A stretch of DNA of 64,000 nucleotides from the human T2T-CHM13v2.0 reference genome, Homo sapiens: assembly GCF_009914755.1 (NCBI RefSeq), contig NC_060947.1. The stretch is one strand, 5' to 3'. The notes below the pieces were generated by a model, which worked only from the letters and a program-made list of their open reading frames with translations, made no database searches and was not told the DNA's origin. This document shows positions 27,707 to 41,200 of the stretch, one piece after another (within the stretch, counting starts at the first letter, position 1; each line of letters starts with the position of its first letter). Position numbers and translations under genes: made by a program.

Positions 27707-28227
27707 CCTGAGTTTTATAAAATGCCAAACACATAATTTTTTTTCCTTTTGTTTAAAAATCCTGTGTTTTTAAAAGAACACTTTGGAAAATTAAAGGTAA
27801 GCCCTACTTTGAAAAGATTGTAATTTGATAATAAATTTGTATAGCAAAAAAAATCTGAATTTTTAAAAATCTTGATGTTAAGCATGAGGGCTTAGAAAAT
27901 TGACTTATAAATAATATTTAGACAAATATAAGGTTAGATTTGCTTTTAAATACTAAATATACTTATATTCTTTGAAAATATTGTAAAAACCGATCCAAAA
28001 CATAATTGGTAGTGAGGATTTGCTGCTGAGAGGAGATGAATTTTCATCATCCAAATGCAGTTGATTACAAGGAAAACTTATTTGAACATGAAATACTTAA
28101 AGTGTTAGAAGTCTTATCTGAATTTTTTAAATTGTCAAAATGAAAAATAAAGTAGGTTGCAACTTATGAAATTATTTACATGGATATAGAAAAGAACCAT
28201 GGTGAAATCTGTTTAAGGTGGTATAGG

Positions 28228-28634
28228 TGATATTGTTTGAATTTACATCCCTGCCTAAATCTCATGTAGAATTATTATCTCTAGTGTTGGAGGTGGGGCC
28301 TGGTGGGAGGTGACTGGATCACGGGGATGGTCCTTCATGAATGGGTTTAGCACCATCTCCTTGGCGCTGTTCTTGTGATAGTGAGTGAGTGATTTATCAC
28401 AAGATCTGGCTATTTAAAAGTGTATAGCACCTCTTCCTCCTTCTTCAGCAATGTGAGGTGCCTGCTTCTTCTTTGCCTTTCACCATGATTGAAATCTCTC
28501 TGAGGCCTCCCCAGAAGCAGATGCCTCCATGCTACCTGTACATCCTGCAGAACTGTGAACAAATTAAACTTCTTTTCTTGTAAATTATCCAGTCTTGGAT
28601 ATTTCTGTATAGTGTGTGAGAATGTACTAATACA
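28228..28634 (+). mobile_element. MST-type (MSTB-like) solo LTR
   Basis: GTTGGAGGTGGGGCCTGGTGGGAGGTG...CCAGAAGCAGATGCC...CTAATACA; TSD ATAGG at 28223-28227 and 28635-28639. Confidence 0.9.
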
Positions 28635-30063
28635 ATAGGGTTCATAAGGCCATCAATACTTTCCTATAATGTATTTGGAACAATTATAGCAGTTGTCATT
28701 TAGTCGCTCTTAATATAGATTAAAGTAACTATCATAATCAGTAGATATCCAGGGACTTCCTAATTAAAGATATATCTTCTACATCTAATAATAAACAAAT
28801 AATTGTGCTTTAGTCTCATTTCTATTACCCACATGGTTAATATTTACATGTTATTTAATAGAAGGATGCAAGTAATGACCGTGATTACACAGAAATTAGG
28901 TGTAATGCTAAAAACAATTATTATATACAAGACCTGAATTCTTTAAAATTGTCATGAAATCATGCACAAAGGCAAAACATCATAGTTCAACATTATTGCT
29001 AAATTAATTGTAATGGGAATCAAATAAAGTTGCTTATATTTATCAAATTTACCAAGTGAACATAGTACTAAGAAATGAGAAAATTCATGCTGTGCTTTCT
29101 CAGAGAACTGACATTCATAGACTTGATTTAACTAAGAACAAATGTACGTAATGGTGGAAAATTCATATAAGAAATGCTAAACATATTTGCTTTTACAAAA
29201 TTGTATATCATTGAGTATCATTTTGTCAATGATTACCCGCATACAAGCTGATATTAGAGTGATTCATATGTCTTCAATAAAACAATAGTAGTAAAAGAAC
29301 CAAATGCCACTAACTAGTGAATATGCTGACCTTTAAGGCTAAGACAACTTCCAGACATTTAATAGTGCATCAGAGTGCCCAGTGAAGGTGCTAAAAATAA
29401 AGAAATACTTATACTAAATCCATGCTCAACAAGAGGATTAATAATTTTTAAAAATTTTTTATTCTTATATACTGGCTTAATTTTGACATATTGTATTGGT
29501 TGTTGCCTTATTATACCTTTTGTGCCATCAACAGGAAGTCTAGGTAGGCAATCCGAATATGGAATTATATGGTATGAATTAAGATAAAATTTTTGGAAAT
29601 AGAGACAAGGAGATGTGTGGGGGGAAGGGAGGGAGGGAGGGAGTGGGGGGAGAGAGACAGAGAGAACCTATAACAGGAAGGAAAGATGGACTCAAAAAGA
29701 GATGGAGTTATAATGTATATGAACATATATTTTATGTGCATGTATGTGCTAATCACTTACAAACATTATCTCCAATCCTGAACCCCATCCAAAACAAACA
29801 AGCAAAAATTCTGTACCACAGTTGGAGATGAGGCAACGAGAAAACAGAATATTAGAAAATTTCACAAATTCACTTGGAGCTATATCTAGGATTTGAATGT
29901 GGTCATTCGGTTTTCAAACCTTATAGGTTTTGCCATCTGGAAGTGCACACTAAAACAGACAATTTTGAAACAAATGCAAAATAGCCTTATTTGGCTGGGA
30001 AGAGAGCACTAAAACAGTAATAAAAACTAATACATTTAGTGACTATGGATTCAACTTGAGAAA

Positions 30064-30612
30064 TGTACAGGAGGAAAAATAATTTCTTTCTCCACCTTTC
30101 ATTAGTTCTTAGTTGAGACTCCCTATAACAAGAAACAGATTAACAAGAGAAAAACAGAATTTTAATAGCATGTATACCTCCTGTATAAATAAAAATAATC
30201 CAGAGAAACGAGTAAATTTTTAGAGTAGATGTCAAAGAGCTGTCTTAAACATCGGCTTAAATTATTATTGTTCTCTGAAACAAAGAATAAAGGGCATTGA
30301 TTAAGACAAGGTGGTCAGGAAGAGCATTGTCATACAAGGATAGGATTGTTTTGCCTTCTCCATTGAATCAGAGTCTCCAGTGATTTAGTTTCCTTTCTCT
30401 TCCTGGTGCAGAAAGACCACCTTACAAATGGATATTTCCTTTATAGATTTAAAAGTCTCTTACAAAAAGATAACTTCTCTGAGTTTCTCATTAATCTGAA
30501 GTTTCTTAAAATAACAGCTCAAAATAATCATTATGTTAGCTAGGCATATTTGAGGTGGAATACTCTGGTCTCTTATAGTCATATTTTTGGTGGCATATCC
30601 TGAGCCTCATCA
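30064..30612 (-). mobile_element. MER34-like ERV1 solo LTR
   Basis: GGAGGAAAAATAATTTC...ACAGATTAACAAGAGAAAAAC...CATATTTTTGGTGGCATATCCTGAGCCTCATCA. Confidence 0.75.
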
Positions 30613-31980
30613 GAGACATTGTAAATTGCTGAAATATTTCACAGGAAATAGTGTGAAAGAGAAGCATCTTGTGTTTATCTACCTATGCAAGTTAAGTATT
30701 TTGTTGAGATTTAGTTGGCATAGACTTGAGACCTATCATAATAGAACCTACTAGTCTTCATAAAACAACAATCAATGATTTCTTTAACCCTTAAACTCAG
30801 ATCACACTTTGAATATTACCACTAGAGAAGGAAAACCAGACCTTAAAATTCCACAAATAACCTGTAGCCAATATTTCTTACACATAAACAAGATTGATAA
30901 ATTGAGAGGAATGCTTCAGACAAATAGTGCCCTATTCATAAATGATACTTCTCTGGAGTTATAAGACTTTATTTAAAAACAGCATTTATAATATTAAAAA
31001 CTGTACAAAATTAACTACTAACAATTTGCTAGGTCAGTACTTTTTCAAAAGAAAATTAAAGTGATTACTTAAATACCTCATGGCATATTTATGTATTTTG
31101 ACTTTCACCCCCCTAAGCTAAGTTTTATGTTATTCATCTGCTGCCATGAGAGATTGGTAAATATTAGCCCAAAATATCTGCACTTATTTTGTGACATCTT
31201 GTCAAATAATTATTATATAATTATTAATTTGTTTTTTATATATACTATATATTATAATGATTTTTTTATAAGGAAATAATAAACAGTTTTGAATTTTACT
31301 CTGTAACTTTTTTAAACTTGCCTCCTTAAAAACATGCTTTTCACAATTTTCAGTCAACCAAGTACTATTTCAGGATCGGGTATATTAATCATATGTGACA
31401 TATAATTTTGAGTATAATTTCTGAGGTGAATTAATGGATTGGTGGTATTTATTGTAGTTACAATCAATGAAATGATTGTAATTTAAAAATAAAAATAAAA
31501 CATATGACTCAAAATAAGTGTGTCTTATTAACAACAACAAAACACCCTCTGCCTACCAAAAATGCCTAAGAATTCACTGAACACTGAGTTTCTCTTCTTA
31601 CTAGGACTCTGTTACATTTAGAAGTCAATAGAAGACATTAGAAAAGTAAAGTGTTGAGAATATCATTGAAGCTGTGCTATACTAAGCATATCATTGTCAT
31701 AAGACTTTCATATGAATTTATATGCTGTATTGTTTTGTTTCTGCATAACATTTCATTCCCATTAAATTGGGAAGTCATGTGACAGCCTATAATACATATA
31801 TATTTTAAATTGGCATTAAATGAAAAATAAGGAATCCTAGATATTGAAGTACAAAGAAGTGACATAAGATTGGGATTTAAATTATAACACGAAAATATTT
31901 TTATATGGATTTATATATCCTCAATAAACTTCCTTCATTAGGGAAAAATACACACTGCTTTCTAGAAAAATTATTTTATT

Positions 31981-32287
<307 letters not shown>

Positions 32288-32767
32288 TTACTATCTTTTC
32301 TCAGTTAAAATTCCATCGAATAATCCAAATCCATCTGTACCAACCAGTGTATGTGCCTAGACTATGTCTCTTACCATAACGAAACTATTCCAACATAACT
32401 CAATAATATGATTTATTTTTCACAAAGAATTCAAAATTATCTGTCTAATCCTTTTTTATTAACTCTCAATAATGAATTTCATAGTAGTTCTGAAAACAAG
32501 ATGATTACCTAAATCTTCTGATAAAAAAATCGAACGTACTTAGTAAACCAGTTTCACAATGATAGTAAACTACATATTTATTCCCAGCTGTATTATTCTT
32601 TCAAATATAGGTACAGTATCAATTTCCTTATCTATGGAAGACGCATTTCAAGTCCCCTAGCCTATGCTTCAAATCACAGATAGTATTGAACCCGATATGT
32701 ACTATTTTTATTGCATTCAATCATATGTATGAAAAGTTAAATTTATAAATTTGGTACAATAAGAGAT

Positions 32768-34268
32768 TGTTGGGAACCATAAATGGGTACCCCCAAATGT
32801 GACACTTTGACATGCTAAACTAAAGAAGCCTTAAGGTCTCTCTAAACTTCTCCAACCCCTCCTGTTTCTCAATTTTGTGTCTCTCCCAAAGCACAGGATG
32901 AAGTTTTTCTCTAAAGTTCTCTTACCTGCCTAAAGTCTGGAAATGCCAAAGGAAGAAAAATAATAACTCTGGTCCCTTCCCTGAGTTTTTGTTCACTGAA
33001 TTCATATTACTGGAAGAAAGATTAAAGTCTTTCAACACACGTGGACAGACTTATACCATTGTTGACAAAAAAAAAAGCCAAATTATCTAAAATATTTAAA
33101 GAGGTTTATTCTGAGCTCATATGAATGGCCATGACCTGGGGAACTGTCTCAAGAGGTTCAGAGAAAGTGACCCTGAGGAGATTGGATTATATCTTGATTT
33201 TATACATTTTAGGGGAACAGAAGTTATAGGAAAAGACATAAATCACTAAATATAAGGTATACATTGATTTGACCTGGAATGATGGGACATCTCAAACAGA
33301 GGATTACAGCCCATAGGTGGATTTGAAGTTTTTCTGGTTAGCAATTGGTTGAAAGAGTTAAGCTTACCCTAAAGAGTTGAAGTCAGTAGAAAGAAGTGCT
33401 TTTGTTAAGAAAAGAGGGTTTGTGGAAGCCTAGGTTTTGTTATGTGGATGAAGCCTTTAAGTAAGTATCAAGTTTCAGAAAGAATAGATGGTTAGATATC
33501 TCTTTTTGGACATTAAAAGTTGTCAGATTCTTAGTTAAATTTCTCTTGAATCCAGAAAACTCCTAGAAAGGGAAAGAGATTCCCTACAGATGCAAATTTC
33601 CCACACGGAAGTTGGCTTTGCAGGGCCATTTCAAAATAAGTCAAAGAAATACATTTGGGGGTAAAATGTTTTCATTTCTTTCAAGGCCTGCTATTGGTCA
33701 TGTGATGCTTGGAATTTGGTATCTTATTGCCAGAATTTGTTTTGTCAGTCTTATGATCTCTATTTTAATGTTAATTCATGTTAGTTGTGCCTGAACTCCA
33801 AAAGGGAGACAGTACAATAAGGTGTGTCAGACTTTTTTTCCTGTCATGGCCTGACATTTAGTTTTTCAGATTTCTTTGGGATCCTCTTGATCAAGAGGAG
33901 GTGTCCATTCAGTTGGTTGCAGGCCTTAGGATTTTATTTTTGGTTTACATCACAAACCATTGTCTGTTCTTTGGGCTCAGCAGACTTTCTCCCGGGCCAT
34001 TGTTTGTTCTTCAAGCCCATAGAATTCCCTTAAAAATTATTTCCTCCCATCTAGAAGTATCCACACTTCCCCATCTCCCTTTCTCTAAAGAGGCAGGGCA
34101 TGTAAGCATCTGTATCCCATTGGGATATTGGGTAATTTACTCTGTCATTTTTCCCCTTGCATGCTAATAAATTTGTATTCTATTTCTTCTATTAATCTGT
34201 CTTTTGTCAGTTAATTTTTTAGTGAAGCTTAAGAGGGCAAAGAAGAAGTTTTTTTTTTAGCCCTTAGA
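32768..34268 (+). mobile_element. MER39-like ERV1 LTR, interrupted by a MER4-family LTR
   Basis: Starts TGTTGGG; AATAAATTTGTAT...ATTAATCTGTCTTTTGTCAG near the end; 4-bp TSD AGAT at 32764-32767 and 34269-34272. Confidence 0.8.
33060..33949 (-). mobile_element. MER4-family solo LTR (long variant)
   Basis: TGTTGAC...AAAATATTTAAAGAGGTTTATTCTGAGC ... GGATTTTATTTTTGGTTTACA; the ends are reverse complements of the LTR ends at 46047 and 59850. Confidence 0.85.
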
Positions 34269-36436
34269 AGATTAACAGTAACAATAAAAAAGAACAATTA
34301 TATAATATACTGTAATAAAAGCTATGTGAATATGATTTCTCTATTATATTCAATTTTTCTTTTGTTTCAATATTCACTCGTCAAGGTTAGCATGCCCATT
34401 GAAAGACCAAGATGAATTAAATTTACCTTAATCAAAAGCAACAGTTACAAATGAAGTAGAAAGAGCAAAATACTGACTTGATCATTCCTCATTTGTTAAT
34501 AGATGAAGAGCAATATAACCACTTACCTGCTTTTGTATATTATCAGAAGTGTAAGCTCAGTGAAATCACAGTGCCTTGTTCTTTTTTTTTTTTTTTTTTA
34601 ACACTTTTAGGTTCAGGGGTGCATGTGCAGATTTGCTATATAGGAAATTGGAGTGTTGCAGGGTTTGGTGTACAAATTATTTCCTCATCCAGGAAATAAA
34701 GTACTCTATAGATAGTGTTTCTATCCTCGGCCTCCTCCCACTCTTTACCCTCAAGTAGGCCCTGGTGTCTGTTGTTCCCTTCTTTGTGTCCATATGTACT
34801 CAATGTTTACCTACCACTTATAAGTGAGAATATGCATTATTTGGTTTTTTGTTTCTCTATTAGTTCATTTAGGATAATACACTCCAGCTCCATCAATGTT
34901 GCTGCAAAGGACGTGATCTAATTCTCTTTTATGGCTGCATCATATTTTATTGTATACATGTCCCATATTTTCTTCATCCAGTGTACCATTAATGGACATT
35001 TAGGTTGATTCTATGTCTTTTATTATTGTTAATAATGCTGCAATGAACATATGCACACATGTGCCTTTACAGTAAAACAACCTATATTCCTTTGGGTATA
35101 TACTCAATAACTTGATTGCTAGGTCAAATGGTCATTGGTCATTCTGTTTTAAGTTCTTTGAGAAATCACCAAACTGCTTTCCGCAATGGCTGAACTAGAT
35201 CACATTCCCATATGCAGTGCATAAGCATTACCTTTTCTCCACAATCTCACTACCATCTGTCATTTCGTTACTTTTTAATAGTAGCCAATATGACTGATGA
35301 GAGATGGTATCTCATTATGCTTTTGATTAGCATTTCTCTAATGATTAGTGAGGTTGAGCATTTCTCATGAGCTTGTTGACTGCATGAATGTCTTCTTTTA
35401 AAGAGTGTCTGTTCAAGTCCTTTGCTCAATTTTAATGGGGTTGTTGGTTTTCTTCTTTTTGTAAGTTTAAATTTCTTATAGATGCGGGATATTAGACCTT
35501 TGTTGGATGAATAATTTACAAATATTTTTCCTATTATTAAGGTTATTTGTTTACTCTGTTGATAGTTTCTTTTGCTGTGCGGAAGCTCTTTAGTTTAATT
35601 AGGTCCCATTTGTCAATTTTTGTTTTTGTTGCAATTGCTTTGGGAGTCTTTGTCATGAAGTCTTTGCTGGGTCCTATGTACAGAATGGTATTTTCTAGAT
35701 TATCTTCTAGGGTTTTTTTAGAGGTTTTGGTTTTACATTTATGTCTTTAATCAATCTTGAGTTGATTTTGTATATGGTATAAAGAAGGGGTTCATTTTCA
35801 ATCTTCTACATGTAGCTAGTCAGTTATCCCAGCACCATTTATTGAATAGGGAGTCTTTTCCCCATTGTTTCTTTTTGTGGATTTTGTTAAAGATCAAATG
35901 GATGTAGGTGTGCAGCATTATTTCTGGGTTTTCTATTCTGTTCCATTGATCTATGTGGGGTTTTTGTGTACCTATACCATTTTTTTGTGTGTGTTACTGT
36001 AGCCTTATGGTATAGATTGAAGTTGAGTAATGTGATGCCTCCAGGCTTGTTCTTTTTGCTTAGGATTGCTGTGACTATTCAGGCTCTACATTGATTCCAT
36101 ATGAATTTTCAAATAGTTTATTCTAATTACATAAATAATTTCATTGGTAATTTCATAGGAATAGCATTGAATCTGTAATTTGCTTTGAGCAGTGTGGCCA
36201 CTTTGACAATACTGATTCTTTCCATGCATTAGCATGGAATGCTTTTCTATTTGTTTGGGTCATATCTGATTTCTTTGAGCAGTGTTTTGTAATTCTCATG
36301 GTAGAGGTCTTTATTCTTTTTGGTTAGCTGTATTCCTGGGTATTTTATTCTTTTGTGGCTGTTGTGAATGGGATTGTGTTCTTTTCTTGATTTGACTCTC
36401 AGGTTTGATGTTGCTGGTATATAGGAATGCTACTGA

Positions 36437-36751
<315 letters not shown>

Positions 36752-37703
36752 TGATTTTTGTACATTGATTTTGTATCCTGAAACTTTGCTGAAGGTGTTT
36801 ATCAGAAAAAGGAGCTTTTCAGCAAAGACTACAGGGTTGTCCAGGTATAGAATTATCTACGAACATAGATAGTTTGACTTTCTTTCTTCCTATTGGGATA
36901 CCTTATATTCATTTGTTTTGCCTGATTGCTCTGGCCAGTACTTCCAGCAGTATGTTGAATAAAAGTGGTGAGAGAAGACATCCTTGTCTCGTTCTGGCTT
37001 CCAAGTGAAATGTTTCCAGCTTTTACCCATAAGTGTAAAGTTGGCTTTGGGTTTTTCATAGATGGATATGTTATTTTGAAGTATGTCCCTTCAGTGCCTA
37101 GTTTGTTGAGGGTTTTTAACATGAAGGGATGTTGAGTTCTATCTAATGTATTTGTTAGGATGATTATGTTTTTTGGTTCCTAGTTTTGTTTAAGAGGTGA
37201 ATAACATTTATTTACTTAATTATGTTGAAACAACCTTGAATCACAGAGATAAAACCTACTTGATCCTGGTAGATTAGCTTTCTGATGTACTTCTGGATTC
37301 AGTTTGCTAGTATTTTGTTGAGGATCTCTGCATCTGTGTTCATGAATGATATTAGCATAAAGTTTTCTTTTCTTGTATCTCTGCCTGGTTTTGGTATCCG
37401 AATAATGCTGGTCTCATAGAATGACTTAGGAAGGAATCCTTTCTCCTCAGTTTTTTGGAATAGTTTTAGTAGAAATGGTAATAACTTTTTCTCATGCATC
37501 TGGTAGAATGTGACTGTGAATCCATCTGGTCCTGGGCTCCTTCTGGTTGGTAGGTTTTTTATCAGTGATTCAGTTTCAGAACTCATTATTGGTCTGTTCA
37601 GGGATTCAGTCTCTCCCTGGTTTATCTTGGGAGGTTGTATGTTTCCAGGAATTTATTCATTACTTCTAGGTTTTTTAGCTTGTGTGCATAAGGTGTTCAT
37701 AAT

Positions 37704-38082
37704 TGTGATGGTTAATAGTCAGTGTCAACTTGATTGGATTGAAGGATGCAAAGTATTGATCCTGGGTATGTCTGTGAGGGTGTTGCTAAAGGAGACTAAC
37801 ATTTGAGTCAGTGGGCTGGGAAAGGCAGACCCATCCTGAATCTGGGTGGGTACCATCTAATCACCTGCCAACATGGCCAGGATATAAAAGCAGGCAGGAA
37901 AATGTGAAAAGGCTAGACAGGCTTAGCCTCCCAGCCCACATCTATCTTCCATGCTGGATGCTTCCTGCCCTCAAACATCAGACTCCAAGTTCTTCAGCTT
38001 GCTTGCTTCTCAGCTTGCAGATAGCCTGTTGTGGGACCTTGTGATCTTGTGAGTTAATACTACTTAATAAACTTCCATATGC

Positions 38083-38127
<45 letters not shown>

Positions 38128-38140
38128 TACATCAACACAC

Positions 38141-38182
<42 letters not shown>

Positions 38183-38222
38183 CCTATTAGTTCTGTCCAT
38201 CTAGAAAACCGTGAATAATACA
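37704..38222 (+). mobile_element. MLT2A-like (HERV-L) solo LTR inside the L1
   Basis: TGTGATGGTTAATAGTCAGTGTCAACTTGATTGGATTGAAGG...TAATACA; near-TSD ATAAT/ATAAA. Confidence 0.92.
38083..38180. repeat. Compound (TA)n(CA)n microsatellite within MLT2A
   Basis: Directly visible. Confidence 0.95.
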
Positions 38223-41200
38223 ATAAAGGTGTCTGAAGGTTTTTGTATTTTTGGGGAGTCAGTGGTAATGTCCCCTTTGCCATTTTGGTTTGTGTTTATT
38301 TGTTTCATCTCTCTTTTTTTTTCCTTATTAGACAAGGTAGTGGTCTATCTGTCTTATTCATTCTTTCAAAGAACCAGCTCCTTAATTCACTGATATTTGC
38401 ACACTTTTTCACATCTCAGTTTCCTTCAGTTCAGCTCTGATTATGGTTATTTCTTGTCTTCTTCTAGATATAAACTTAGTTTGCTCTTGTTTCTCTAGTT
38501 TCTCTAAATGTGATGTTAGGTTGTTAGTTTGAGATCTCTGTAACTTTTTGACGTGGACATTTAGTACTTTCAACTTCCCTCTTAATATTGCTTTGACTGT
38601 ATCCCAGAGATTCTGGTATGTTGTATCTTTTTTTTCTAATTAGTTTCAAGGAATTTCTTGATTTCTGTCTTTATTTCATTGTTTACTCAGAAGTTATTCA
38701 GAAGCAGGTTGTTTAATTCCCATTTAATTGTATGGTTTTGAGTTATTTTCTTAGGATTGGTTTCTATTTTTATTGCACTGTGGTCTGATGATGTGGTTGA
38801 TATAATTTCATTTTTTTATTAGCTGAGAGTTATCTTATGGCCACTTGTGTGGTCAATTTTAGAGTATGTGCCATGTGCAGATGAGAAGAATGTATATTCT
38901 GTTGATTTTATGTGGAGAGTTCTGTAGATGTCTATTATGTCCATTTCCTCAAGGGTTGAGTTAAGGTCCCAAATCTCTTTGTTATTTTTTTGCCTCAATG
39001 ATCTGTCTAATACTGTCAGTGGGGTGTTAAAGTCTTCCATTCTTATTGTGTTGTTATCTAAATCTCTTCATAGGTCTCCAAGAACTTGCTTTATATATCT
39101 GAGTGCTCCTGTATTGGGTGTATATATTTTTAGGATAGGTCTTCTTGTTGAGTTTAGCCCTTTAACATTATGTAATGCTCTTTTTTGTGTTTTTTGATTT
39201 TTGTTAGCTTAAAGTCTGTTTTGTATGATATTAGAATAGGAACTCCTGCTTTTCCTTTTTTTTTTTTCGGTTTTTGTTTTTTTGGTAAATTTTTCTCCAT
39301 CCCTTTACTTTGAGCCTATGGGTGTCATTGCCTGTGAGATGAGTATCTTGAAGACGGTATGCAATTGGGTTTTACTTCTTTATGCAACTTGCCACTCTGT
39401 GCCTTTCAACTGGAGCATTTAGCCCATTTACATTCAGGGTTATTATTGACGTAAGTGGATGTGATCCTGTTATGTTGTTAGCTGGTTATTATGCAGACTT
39501 GTTTGTGTGATTGCTTTATAGTGTCACTGGTCTATGTACTTAAGTGTGTTTTTGTAGTGGCTAGTCACAGCCTTTCCTTTTCATATTTATCACTCCCTTA
39601 AGGAACTATTGTAAGGCACGTCTGGTGGTAATGAATTTCCTAAGCATTTTCTTGTCGAAAAAGATCTTATTTTTTCTTCACTTATAAAGCTTAGTTTGAC
39701 CTGATATAAAATTCTTGGTTGAGAATTATTTCCTTTATGAATGCTGTGTATAGGCCCCCAATCTCCTCTGGCCTATATGGTTTCATCTGACAGGTCTTCT
39801 TTTAGCCTGATGGGGCTCCCTTTGTAAGAGACCTGCCCTTCTCTCTAGCTGCTTTTAACATTTTCCTTTCATTTCAACCTTGGAGAATCTGATGAGTAGG
39901 TGTCTTGGGAATGGTCTTCTTGTGTAGTATTTCTCAGGAGTTCTCTGCTTTTCATGAATTTGAATGTTGACCTCTCTAGCAAGTCTGGGGAAATTTTCAA
40001 GGACAATATCCTGAAATATATTTCCCAAGATGCATTTTTTCCCTCCTTGTCTCTCAGGAATGCCAATGAGTCATAGATTGGGTCTCTTTACATAATCTTA
40101 TATTTATTCAAGGTTTTGTTCATTCTTTTTAATTTTTTTTTATATTTTTCTCTTACTGAGGTACTTCAGAGATTCAGTCTTCAAACTCTGAGATTGATTT
40201 GTTATCTTGGTCAGTTCTACCATTAATACTTGTGATTTCATTGCAAAATTTCTGTAGAGTGTTTTTTAGCTCTATCAGATCAGTGTTCTTTCTTATTATG
40301 ACTGTTTTGTCTATCGGCCTCTGTATTGTTTTATTGTAATTGTTATATTCCTTGGATTGGATGTTAATGATCTTTCTTGCCATCTGTATTCTGAATTCTA
40401 TTTCTGTCATTACTGCCATCTCATTCTGTGTAAGAACCATTGCTGGGGAACTAGTGTGATTATTTGAAGGTAAGAAGAAACTCTGGTCTTTTTAGTTGCC
40501 AGAGTTCTTGTGCTAGTTTTCTTCTCATCTTTAAGGGCTGATGCTCCTTCAATCTTTGAGGTTCCGGACCTTTGAATTTTTTTCTTTTATCATGTCTGAT
40601 GTTCTTGGTGGGTTGACTGTGGTATAAGGTGGGCTCAGTAGATCGGCTTTATTTCTGGAGGATTTTAGTGGGTCAAGGCTCAGCTCATTATACCTCAACT
40701 GCATGCTTTAACTCTCAGGGGCTGGTATCAGGCCCATGGCTTTATTCTCTGGCTTTTGGAGGTTAGAAACATGCCATGCGGGAAGGACCAAGTTGTCCCA
40801 GACCACTGGTCTGAACACTTCAATAGGTAGTGCCAGTCACAGGGCTTTGTAGGGCAGTGGCAGCAGGCCTTCTCACGTCCATATGCATGTTCAGCAATGT
40901 TAGCATGAGGGCTAGGCACTGACAGTTGCAGGACTGGGTATGCCCTCTGTGAGCATGTTCACATGGACAGCAACTGCCATTGGAGTTGGGGGCAGATCCA
41001 CTGGTCTCACTGCATAGTTTCACATGGGTGGCAGTGTGGGCATGGGGTCAGGGAGCTGGTGGGCATGAGGCTGGTGGTCTCTGTGCCTGCAAATGCTCTT
41101 GCAGCATTGGTGGCATGTCAGGGTGTTGGGTGTTGGGGGATGTGATGTACTCATGCTGGGCAGCTGTGGCATGGCAGGGCATGTGCACTGACAAGAAAGA

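Larger units (their letters stand above)
32614..34342. mobile_element. Tigger4/Zombi-like DNA transposon fragment (32614-32767 plus 34269-34342) split by an LTR
   Basis: ...AATTTATAAATTTGGTACAATAAGAGAT | TAACAG...GAACAATTAT..AATATACTGTAATAAAAGCTATGTGAAT joins across the LTR. Confidence 0.78.
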
